In this document: positions 1 to 7,621 of the stretch, one piece after another
Numbering within the stretch: position 1 is the first letter of the stretch
How the letters are laid out: each line of letters opens with the position of its first letter
Assembly (NCBI GenBank): GCA_035946615.1
Contig: DASYZB010000073.1
Coordinates: 459 to 64,458 of the forward strand
DNA from: Verrucomicrobiia bacterium
GTDB lineage: Bacteria; Verrucomicrobiota; Verrucomicrobiia; Limisphaerales; UBA8199
Direction of reading: 5' to 3'
DNA: 64,000 nucleotides
Notes under the pieces: model-generated
Told to the model about the DNA's origin: nothing
Seen by the model: only the letters and a program-made list of their open reading frames with translations
Database searches by the model: none
Position numbers and translations under genes: made by a program

Positions 1-22
1 CAGCACGTTGAAGGACTGGTTT

Positions 23-1105
23 ATGAAAGTGGCATCGCAGTATTGCGAGGAGCAGAACCAGCCGTCATTTCTGAAGGAAGTGCGCTATGGCCTCAGCCGG
101 CGAAGCAAGGGGCTGGTGGTGCGTGAGGAATATGAGCAGCCAAAGCCTGCGGCGGTGCTTGGGCCGAGCAATGGCAACGGCAATGGGGCCAAGGTATTCA
201 CGGTGGTTTCGATGTTTTCCGGCTGTGGAGGGATGGATTTGGGATTCACTGGCGGATTTGAGATCTTCGGGCGCCGGTACCGCTCGCTGCCGTTTGAGAT
301 AGTTTGGGCCAATGACACGAACGGGGCAGCTTGCAAAACGTACTGGCGAAACCTAGGGCACGATATTCACCGGGGGGACGTCTGGACTCTGATGGACACG
401 CTGCCCAAAAGTGCTGATGTGCTAATTGGGGGATTCCCGTGCCAGGATATTTCGGTGAACGGAAAGCGGGCTGGTGTGAACGGAGCCCGCAGCGGGCTCT
501 ACAAGGCCATGATCGAGGGGATTAGACGGGTAAACCCAAAGGTGTTCGTGGCTGAGAATGTGAAAGCGCTGTTGCGGCATCCGGTGTGGCTGGAGCAGGT
601 GCTCAATGACTTCAATGCGCTTGGCTACAAGCTGCACCACCAGCTTTACAAGGCGGCGGATTACGGCGTACCGCAGACCAGGGAACGTGTGATATTTGTA
701 GGCACGCGGGGCGATGTGAAGCCGTTTGTGCCTCCTAAGGCGGAGCGGTCGCCGGCTAACTGGATGAGCGCCAAAGAGGCGATTGGTGACCTCGAGAATA
801 TGCAGCAGAACGCGGCCGTTAACCACATTTGGAGCTTCGCCGAGACCAGCCCAGAGCAAGGCAACCGGAAGCTGATTGCGGACCGGCCAGGCTACACCAT
901 CCGGGCGGAGTGCCACGGCAACATACAGTGGCACTACCGGCTACCGCGGAGAATTTCGATGCGCGAGGCGGCGAGATTCCAGTCCTTTCCTGACCGGTTC
1001 GTTTTCCTGTGCGGGCTAAGAGAAACGGAGCGGCAGGTGGGGAATGCTGTGCCGCCTGTGCTGGCGTGGCACGTCGCGCAAGCCGTTTTAGCGTGCTTCG
1101 GGTAA
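23..1105 (+). CDS. dcm: DNA (cytosine-5)-methyltransferase
   Basis: Motif I FSGCGGMDLGF, motif IV GGFPCQDIS (catalytic Cys), ENV (motif VI), QTRERV (motif VIII), GNAVPP (motif X). The ORF opens at TTG 8; the first ATG is at 23. Confidence 0.93.
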   Translation: MKVASQYCEEQNQPSFLKEVRYGLSRRSKGLVVREEYEQPKPAAVLGPSNGNGNGAKVFTVVSMFSGCGGMDLGFTGGFEIFGRRYRSLPFEIVWANDTNGAACKTYWRNLGHDIHRGDVWTLMDTLPKSADVLIGGFPCQDISVNGKRAGVNGARSGLYKAMIEGIRRVNPKVFVAENVKALLRHPVWLEQVLNDFNALGYKLHHQLYKAADYGVPQTRERVIFVGTRGDVKPFVPPKAERSPANWMSAKEAIGDLENMQQNAAVNHIWSFAETSPEQGNRKLIADRPGYTIRAECHGNIQWHYRLPRRISMREAARFQSFPDRFVFLCGLRETERQVGNAVPPVLAWHVAQAVLACFG

Positions 1106-2545
1106 ATCCTTGAATAGGTAATCTGAGGGCTTCCAGGGTTTCGCCCCGACATTGGCCAGGACATCAGCTCGTGCCAACCACTCCTTAATCCTGCTGTCCG
1201 GCGCAAAGTCCGATCCCCAATACGTAACGAAGAGTTCGGAGGGGAGATAGTGGGCCGCTTTGACCATTTGGTTCTCGATCACCTGCAGTGCCCTCCTGAC
1301 GTGATTTCCGCCGCGGATCTTACTTTCTGGCGTGCCCGGTCTAGCGGTTGCACTACCTGCCGAAAAGATGTCGCGGGCAGCCAGGATGCCGTGGTAGGAG
1401 AGGAGGAAAGTCAGCGGTGCCACATATTTGGTCCTATTGTGGGAGGATCCCACGATCTGGGGAAAGAGCAACGACGCCTCCGCGCGCAGTTTCAGCTGCT
1501 CTGCCTCTTCCAATTGCGAGAACGGGCGCACCTGCAATTCGAGGGCTTTCTCGGGGCTGCTTTCGAGCCACCACAAACCTTCACCGCCTTTGAGGCGGTC
1601 GCGAGCGTATTTGCGGATGTATGTCATCCGCTCGTCCGCTGATAGCGCTGAAAACTGCTCGTATGTAATCCCGAACTTTGGGAAGAGGGGCCGCGTTGTG
1701 CCAATCTCGACCTCGAACCTGGGAACATGCGAGGTTCTGACGTGCATAACGCTCTCCTCGTAGCGGCCCCAGCGGACTCCGGGTTCGCCGCCCATTTTTC
1801 CGAAAACGATGTAGATGTGCTTCACGTCTTTGCTCCTGAAGCTCTCGAAAACGCTATTCGCGACCGAGCGCCAGGTGTCGTGGACTGTGAACTTCACTTC
1901 GATGCCGAACTGCCCGAGGACGATGTCGGGGAAGCCGTAGGGGTGAGGCGAGAAGTCCACCGGGATTTTGAACCTGCCCAGCAGGGTCTTGATGACCTGG
2001 CGGACGCGGTTTTCGAATGGCTTGGAGGCGTCATAGGTCCGACCTGACCTGCACTCGTCGGTCAGGCGGTCGCAAAGCTCACCAAGCAGTTTCTCGAATG
2101 TTTCGACGTTCAAGCAAGCTTTGTAGCGTTTTGGAGGCGGTTTTGCAAGGTGGCGGTCGAGCTTGGAGAGGACGGCGGCGGGCGAACGGAGCGAATGCTC
2201 CCAGATGCGCAGGACTCGCCAGCCTTGGTTTCGAAGGAGCGTCGAGACGGTACTGTCCCTCAGCCTGTTGCGGCGGATTTTCGGATTCCAGTAGGCGCCG
2301 CGTGACTTCGGCATTCGGCAATGCCAGCGGCAGCCGTGCCAGAAGCAGCCGTCGACAAAGACTGCGAGTCGGGCGAGGCGAAAGACGAAGTCGGGCCGGC
2401 CTGGCAGGCGCTGGCCTCTGCGCCAGCCCGTGATGCGGGCGGCTCGGAGCATGGCAGCAAACTTTAGCTCCGTCGCTTGGTTGCGAGTGGACCGGATGGC
2501 TGCCATGACTTGGCTGCGTTTTGTCTTTGTAAAGACGTCGGGCAT
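1088..2545 (-). CDS. Vsr very-short-patch-repair endonuclease fused to a C-terminal PD-(D/E)XK nuclease-like domain (putative restriction endonuclease)
   Basis: The N-terminal ~130 aa carry Vsr hallmarks: PGRPDFVF, FVDGCFWHGC, YWNPKIRRNRLRD, GWRVLRIWEHSL. Residues ~140-485 are unrelated to Vsr and contain GFPDIVLGQFGIEVKF (P-D-x10-E-x-K). The 3' end overlaps dcm by 18 nt. Confidence 0.75.
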   Translation of the reverse strand: MPDVFTKTKRSQVMAAIRSTRNQATELKFAAMLRAARITGWRRGQRLPGRPDFVFRLARLAVFVDGCFWHGCRWHCRMPKSRGAYWNPKIRRNRLRDSTVSTLLRNQGWRVLRIWEHSLRSPAAVLSKLDRHLAKPPPKRYKACLNVETFEKLLGELCDRLTDECRSGRTYDASKPFENRVRQVIKTLLGRFKIPVDFSPHPYGFPDIVLGQFGIEVKFTVHDTWRSVANSVFESFRSKDVKHIYIVFGKMGGEPGVRWGRYEESVMHVRTSHVPRFEVEIGTTRPLFPKFGITYEQFSALSADERMTYIRKYARDRLKGGEGLWWLESSPEKALELQVRPFSQLEEAEQLKLRAEASLLFPQIVGSSHNRTKYVAPLTFLLSYHGILAARDIFSAGSATARPGTPESKIRGGNHVRRALQVIENQMVKAAHYLPSELFVTYWGSDFAPDSRIKEWLARADVLANVGAKPWKPSDYLFKDLPEAR

Positions 2546-3018
2546 GTCCGAGGCGTATAGTAGGTGATTCCAGGATTAATGTCAGGCGCGGTGGCGGATG
2601 TTGGAGCAGGAAGGTGCACATTTTTTGCCCGTTGGGATGGGCGGGTGGTTTCTATAGATGATGGGTCTGGGGGCTCTCCGGCCTTGAATCATGGTCACGA
2701 GAATCGTTGGTGACAAGCGGGCGCTTACTCACCTGGCCCGAAGGGATGTGCGAAAAGGGAGGGCAAGCCCTGCCCTTACATATGCTTTCACGTTCCAAAA
2801 CGAAAAAGACAGCAGCTGGTCGACAAAGACAATCAAAGTAGAGGCTGGTAACTCCTTTCTCGCAATGCGGATTCGCGCATGTCAAACAAAGTAAGTATTT
2901 TGCTCATGAGAGGTGTGGGTGGGTTAAGTAACCAGTTGTTCTCTGTCTTGCAAATGGCCTTTTCATGGAAGTTATGCGCTGGGTTTGACTCAATCCGATG
3001 AAGCGCTAAGCTCTGATC

Positions 3019-4134
3019 GTGCATCCGGCCTTCTTTTTCTTTGTCGTCCCAGCCGTCGCCTTCCCAGCCATCGCTGCGGAAGTGTCATCCAGGGGAACTG
3101 CAGACACGGTTCAGATCCTCGATACCATCCGGCAAAAGTATAATTTTCCAGCACTTGCCGTCGTTGTCGTCAAGAACGGATTGATTTGTGATCGCGCAGC
3201 CGTGGGCGTGCGCAAGGTTGGTGAGCCGGCATCCGTGACGACTAACGACGTATTCCATATCGGTTCCTGCACCAAATCGATGACCGCGATGCTCGCCGCC
3301 ATGCTCATCGAGGAGGGCAAGTTACGCTGGGATACAACCATTCCCGAGGTGTTCCCCGAGTTCAAAGCTACAATGAACAAGGCCTACCAGAATGCGACTG
3401 TGGAACAACTGCTCACCCATCGCGGGGGCGTCTCGGCCGAGCCGCCCGCCGATGCCTGGAGCCGCGCCTGGGAGCAACAGGGCACGCCAATTCAGCAACG
3501 CTACGAATTCATCCAGGCGGTCCTGAGCCGGCCACCGGCCGCAGAGCCCGGCGCCAGGTTCATTTATTCAAACCAGGGCTACGCGATTGTGGGCGCAATG
3601 CTCGAAAAGCTCACCGGCGCGCCCTGGGAACAACTGATTACAGAACGGCTATTCAAACCGCTGCACATCAGTTCCGCCGGTTTTGGTCCGCCAGGGACCA
3701 TTGGCAAAGTCGATGAGCCTTGGGGCCACAGCCGCGTGCTCGGAGCCGTGAAGCCCAGCCAGTCTGATAACCCGCCAGCCATCGCGCCTGCAGGCCGGGT
3801 GCATTGCTCGCTCGACGATCTTGCCGCCTATGCCATCGCCACCATGCGCGGCGAACGGCGGGGCGGGCTGTTAAAGCCGGAAACATTTCGCAAACTCCAC
3901 ACACCCCCGGCTGGACAGGATTACGCCTGCGGCTGGGCCAGTGTCAGCCGAAGCTGGGCCGGCGGGAAGGCCCTGACTCATGCCGGGTCAAACACGATGT
4001 GGTATTTGGTAATGTGGCTTGCGCCGGAAAAGGATTTCGCCGTCATTACCGCAACTAACATCGCGGGAGATAACGCCGCCAAAGGCTGTGACGAGGTCGC
4101 CGCCGCAATGATCAAAAAATGGTTGGGGAAGTAA
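3019..4134 (+). CDS. serine hydrolase, beta-lactamase/transpeptidase-like family, secreted
   Basis: S-x-x-K motif SCTKSMTA and Y-x-N motif YSNQGY. Hydrophobic N-terminal signal-like segment. GTG start directly after an in-frame TAA. Confidence 0.85.
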   Translation: MHPAFFFFVVPAVAFPAIAAEVSSRGTADTVQILDTIRQKYNFPALAVVVVKNGLICDRAAVGVRKVGEPASVTTNDVFHIGSCTKSMTAMLAAMLIEEGKLRWDTTIPEVFPEFKATMNKAYQNATVEQLLTHRGGVSAEPPADAWSRAWEQQGTPIQQRYEFIQAVLSRPPAAEPGARFIYSNQGYAIVGAMLEKLTGAPWEQLITERLFKPLHISSAGFGPPGTIGKVDEPWGHSRVLGAVKPSQSDNPPAIAPAGRVHCSLDDLAAYAIATMRGERRGGLLKPETFRKLHTPPAGQDYACGWASVSRSWAGGKALTHAGSNTMWYLVMWLAPEKDFAVITATNIAGDNAAKGCDEVAAAMIKKWLGK

Positions 4135-4182
4135 TTACTGAGGAGTCCGTAACATGCGCTACAACCGTAAGCTGCCGAGCAT

Positions 4183-4287
4183 TCTCCCTCTCCCCTTCCG
4201 ACTCGCCGCGCTGTCGCGCCGTCGCAGCGGGAGGGGAGAGGGCCGGGGAGAGGAGTCCCTGTAGTCGCTTCTCCCTCCCCCTTCCGG
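4183..4287. repeat. REP-like hairpin repeat (tctccctctccccttccg / cgggaggggagaggg arms) plus an extra half-site
   Basis: Inverted arms at 4183-4200 and 4228-4246 with one mismatch. A further ctccctcccccttccgg lies at 4270-4286. The same arm sequence recurs at 7484-7530. The element sits between convergent genes. Confidence 0.6.
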
Positions 4288-4399
4288 TATCTATTTAGCC
4301 ATCCAAAATGGCCCTGTTCGGTTCGGCCACAAGGTGATTATCGCTCTCCAGGTCCTTGCGCTAACTAACTTAACTTCATGTGCCCCGTTGGTGGGGCTG

Positions 4400-4620
4400 A
4401 GGGCGGAGGATCGCCCGAGAATCCCGAAGGGATTCCGCCCTCCAGCCCGGGGTTGCGACCCCGCCCTTTCAACACGAGCTTATTCATTTGAGTGGGCTGA
4501 GCTTTTTCCCCGCGCAGCGTTTGGGTGGAGAAGATTAGAAAGGGCGGGGGAGCTACCCTGGGAAAATTGTCGCGGAGCCGAGCCAACCTCGAAGAGGTTG
4601 CGCCCGTTCGCCCCTTCCGT
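4400..4620. repeat. composite palindromic intergenic repeat element
   Basis: Small palindromes aatcccgaagggatt and caacctcgaagaggttg. A longer inverted pair ccgccctttc / gaaagggcgg lies ~60 nt apart. The translations (PKGFRPPA.GC) are typical of non-coding repeat elements in PVC genomes. Confidence 0.45.
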
Positions 4621-4722
4621 TAATCCCACACGTAGCGCTCGTCCCTCTGCATGTCGTGCTTGCGAAGCAAAACCCGAAGTTCATTCTTTTGAGCCATGAA
4701 TTGGAAACCCGTTTGGTTTCCT

Positions 4723-5625
4723 TCACTCATTCCGCCTGGGTAACTCCTCACCCGCTAAAAACTCTTTCAATTCCCGCAGAAACGGCTCGATATCCGTCAC
4801 CAACCCAATGGCCTGGAAGGTGCCCCGGTCCGTCAGCTTGGTGATCACGGAGGGGTTGCTATCCACACAGATGGTTTTGACGCTGGCGGGCAGCAAATTG
4901 CCCACCGCGATGGAATGCAGCCCATCATCAAGGCGATAGTCACCCCGCCCAGTTTCGAGCGCATCGCCTTTTGTGCCTCGACCTGTGTGCACCACCGCCG
5001 GCCCGGCCACCACGAGAATCTTTCCCCCTCCCTCCTTGGCGCGCCGGAATTCGGCCGCTATCTCCCGAATGATCGCGCTCTTGGGCTTCTCACTCGACAC
5101 ATTACTGGCCATGAACTCGAACGCACTCGGGCGCTCGGTGGACCGTTGCACCGGCATCACCCGGATGCCGTGATGGCCCATGGCTATCTGCATCCCGCGG
5201 CGCGCCTGGGAAAACTTCACCGTCTGCGCAACCTGCCGTTCGACATCCACCGCAATGCCGCAATCCATTGTGGCCGGTTGCGCCTGAATCCATTTGCCGC
5301 TCAAATTCACAAACGTCTGCTGGTTGGTGGTGACGTAAAAGTCCTCCGGGAACACGCCATCGGCGGGTGCTTCGACCAGACGCACCGGCGTTTGCTCGAC
5401 CACTTCCGCGCCGTGCTGGCGCAAGCGCCGCACGATGTCATCCACGGCGCTAGTGGACGGCCCGAACACATCGATCAGCGCATAACTCGGGTCATTGCGC
5501 TGTTTGCCAATCTGGACCTCCCGAATTGTAAAAGACCCGCCGCAGGTCAGGATTTCATCCAGCACCTTCGGCAGAATCAACGAATCGATGATATGCCCCC
5601 GCAATTCGATCTGTTCAGAAAACAT
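4723..5625 (-). CDS. LOR/SDH conserved-domain protein (TIGR00300-like), apparently short
   Basis: N-terminus MFSEQIELRGHIIDSLILPKVLDEI matches the LOR/SDH bifunctional-enzyme conserved region. C-terminus has LHSIAVGNLLP..CVDSNPSVITKLTDRG. Only 300 aa. Confidence 0.55.
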   Translation of the reverse strand: MFSEQIELRGHIIDSLILPKVLDEILTCGGSFTIREVQIGKQRNDPSYALIDVFGPSTSAVDDIVRRLRQHGAEVVEQTPVRLVEAPADGVFPEDFYVTTNQQTFVNLSGKWIQAQPATMDCGIAVDVERQVAQTVKFSQARRGMQIAMGHHGIRVMPVQRSTERPSAFEFMASNVSSEKPKSAIIREIAAEFRRAKEGGGKILVVAGPAVVHTGRGTKGDALETGRGDYRLDDGLHSIAVGNLLPASVKTICVDSNPSVITKLTDRGTFQAIGLVTDIEPFLRELKEFLAGEELPRRNE

Positions 5626-5670
5626 AAGAACCCTTTTCGATTAGACGCAAAACCCTGGAATCTCCTGGCT

Positions 5671-5714
5671 GAAACGAAAACCGCACCGCGAAGCGTCGGC
5701 GACGCTGACGCTTC
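5671..5714 (-). terminator. candidate terminator hairpin downstream of ssrA
   Basis: gaagcgtc (5690-5697) pairs with gacgcttc (5707-5714). On the minus strand it is followed by ggttttcgtttc. Confidence 0.35.
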
Positions 5715-5730
5715 CCGTACGAAATTCAGA

Positions 5731-6084
5731 ATGGTGGAGGCGCCGGGAGTTGAACCCGGGTCCTTGGCAAATCTACCAGCCGCGACTACATGCTTAGTCA
5801 GGAGAGAGTTTTCTGCCGGACGATAACGGCCTGACACCGAGCTGCCCAGCCTAGCCCACAGGATAAGAGATTCAGCCGCCGGCGCGCGGGCGCCGCTAGC
5901 GGCCTAACCTGCTGTGGCGTTCGTCCGGCGTAGCAGGTGTCCACCAGCGAACGTCGCGGCATTAGGCCGCGAGAGCTAATTCTTGGTTAGCTGTTTTGTT
6001 TGGTCCGATTTTTAACGAGGCCCACGAACCATCCTCGGCATGCCGCCTCTGGCGTACCTGCAAAGTCGAAACCAGTACGCCCCC
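5731..6084 (-). ncRNA. ssrA: tmRNA (transfer-messenger RNA)
   Basis: Minus-strand 5' end is GGGGGCGTACTGGTTTCGAC. The 3' end is CCGGGTTCAACTCCCGGCGCCTCCACCA (T-arm, acceptor, CCA). An internal tag reading frame ends ..NKTANQELALAA followed by TAA. Confidence 0.9.
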
Positions 6085-6168
6085 ATGCGGAACACCGTTA
6101 TTCTCGTTCATTTTCATCAGCCCGTCAAGAAAACCAGGCAGCATGCAGGCCAATGACAAGATCGGTTT

Positions 6169-6354
6169 CCAACCTTTGTAGGAGACCAACCTTTGTAGCA
6201 GACGACGTAAGGAGTCGCTGATTAAGATAAGATTGTCTGCTTACCCTTTTGGTTCACCCTGAAGTTGCTGATCAGAGACTCGACTCCTTACGTCGTTTCC
6301 TACATTCGGCAACCGGTTTTCCACTGGCACAAGGCGGGAAATCAGCAGACAATC
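6169..6354. repeat. cluster of direct and inverted repeats upstream of ssrA
   Basis: Tandem ccaacctttgtag at 6169 and 6186. A perfect 16-bp inverted repeat: acgacgtaaggagtcg (6202-6217) / cgactccttacgtcgt (6281-6296). A second pair: gattgtctgc (6231-6240) / gcagacaatc (6345-6354). Confidence 0.6.
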
Positions 6355-6400
6355 GGTTGCGCGCAGAGTTTGGGCAAACCACACATGCGCTAGCGCCCTT

Positions 6401-7372
6401 ATGAAGCAATTCAATCGCAGGCAATTCATCCGCCAAACAACACTCGCGTCGCTGGCCGGAGGCGCGCTCTTCACCGGTGTATCGGCAAAGCCCCAGCCGC
6501 AACGCCGGATGACAATGGACCTGGTGTGCGGCAATATCGGGGTTTCGGCCAACCAGCTCGAGGCCATCGAACTTGCGGCGCGGCATGGATTCGAATCGGT
6601 CGGCGCCGATGGCGCTTTCCTGGCCAAACTCTCCGATGACCAAATGGCGGAGCTTAAATCCTCGATGAAAAGCCAGGGCATCATCTTTGGCGCTGCCGGG
6701 CTGCCGGTGGAATTTCGACGGGACGAGGCCCAGTTCAACGAGGGGCTGAAAGGCTTGCCCAAATTCGCCGCCGGCCTTCAGCGAGCCGGGGTGGACCGCG
6801 CCGCGACGTGGCTTACGCCGTGCCATGACACGCTGCCCTATCTGGAGAATTTTCGCCAGCATGTAACCCGTTTGGGCAGTGTGGCCCAGACGCTCAAGGA
6901 GCACGGGGTTCGGCTGGGCCTGGAATATGTCGGCCCAAAAACTTCCTGGGCCAGCCGCCGTTATACGTTTATTCATACGCTGGCCGAAATGAAGGACCTC
7001 ATCGCTGCCATCGATACTGGCAACGTGGGGTTCGTGCTGGATAGCTGGCATTGGTGGCAGGCCGGCGATACCGTGGCTGACTTGCTCGCTCTTAAGGGAA
7101 ATCAGGTCATTGCGGTCGATTTAAACGATGCGCCCGCGGGCATTCCCAAAGACCAACTGCCCGATGGCCGGCGAGAACTGCCCTGCGCAACCGGCGTGAT
7201 TGATGTGGGCGCTTTTCTATCCGCCCTTAACCAGATCGGCTATGACGGGCCTGTCCGGGTCGAACCCTTTAATCAGGTCGTAAATAAAATGCCCAAGGAG
7301 GAGGCCTGTGCGGTGGTGGCCGCAGCGCTCAAAAAAGCGTTTGCTCTGAAGGCGGGTGGCGGCCATTTCTAA
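6401..7372 (+). CDS. sugar phosphate isomerase/epimerase (xylose isomerase-like TIM barrel), Tat-exported
   Basis: Twin-arginine leader MKQFNRRQFIRQTTLASLAGG. Overall TIM-barrel AP-endonuclease-2 family character (FVLDSWHWW, VRVEPFN). Confidence 0.7.
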   Translation: MKQFNRRQFIRQTTLASLAGGALFTGVSAKPQPQRRMTMDLVCGNIGVSANQLEAIELAARHGFESVGADGAFLAKLSDDQMAELKSSMKSQGIIFGAAGLPVEFRRDEAQFNEGLKGLPKFAAGLQRAGVDRAATWLTPCHDTLPYLENFRQHVTRLGSVAQTLKEHGVRLGLEYVGPKTSWASRRYTFIHTLAEMKDLIAAIDTGNVGFVLDSWHWWQAGDTVADLLALKGNQVIAVDLNDAPAGIPKDQLPDGRRELPCATGVIDVGAFLSALNQIGYDGPVRVEPFNQVVNKMPKEEACAVVAAALKKAFALKAGGGHF

Positions 7373-7483
7373 AAGCACGTTTTAAGAATAGATTGCCGCC
7401 ATCCTCGTCCTCGATTTTCAAGGGGTGAGCGGTGCCGCCCCGCACTGCCATTGCGTTTAGGCGACTGCTGCGCGAACCGCGAT

Positions 7484-7530
7484 CTCCCTCTCCCCTTCCG
7501 CAGGGGAGAGGGTCGGGCAGAGGGGTCCCT
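7484..7530. repeat. second copy of the REP-like hairpin seen at 4183
   Basis: tctccctctccccttccgcaggggagagggtcgggcagaggggtccct. It shares the 18-nt arm and the gg(a/g)gtccct tail with the 4183-4260 copy. It also lies between convergent genes. Confidence 0.6.
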
Positions 7531-7621
7531 CTATGCGTAGTCCATCCCACGGTCCTCCCAACTCCCCGGGACCGGGCAGGCAGGGCTGAGGATTCAGCTC
7601 TGCAGTTGGGGTTTTAGGCGC

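Noticed and set aside
2546-3018. Looked for a controller (C) protein or HTH regulator for the R-M pair among the small ORFs (2652-2885, 2691-2894, 2833-3024).
   Set aside because: No helix-turn-helix-like sequence. The ORFs overlap each other and have odd composition. The region is better explained as a divergent promoter spacer.
4915-5826. 303-aa plus-strand ORF.
   Set aside because: Antisense to the LOR/SDH gene, and its 3' end runs into the tmRNA gene. No protein-like motifs.
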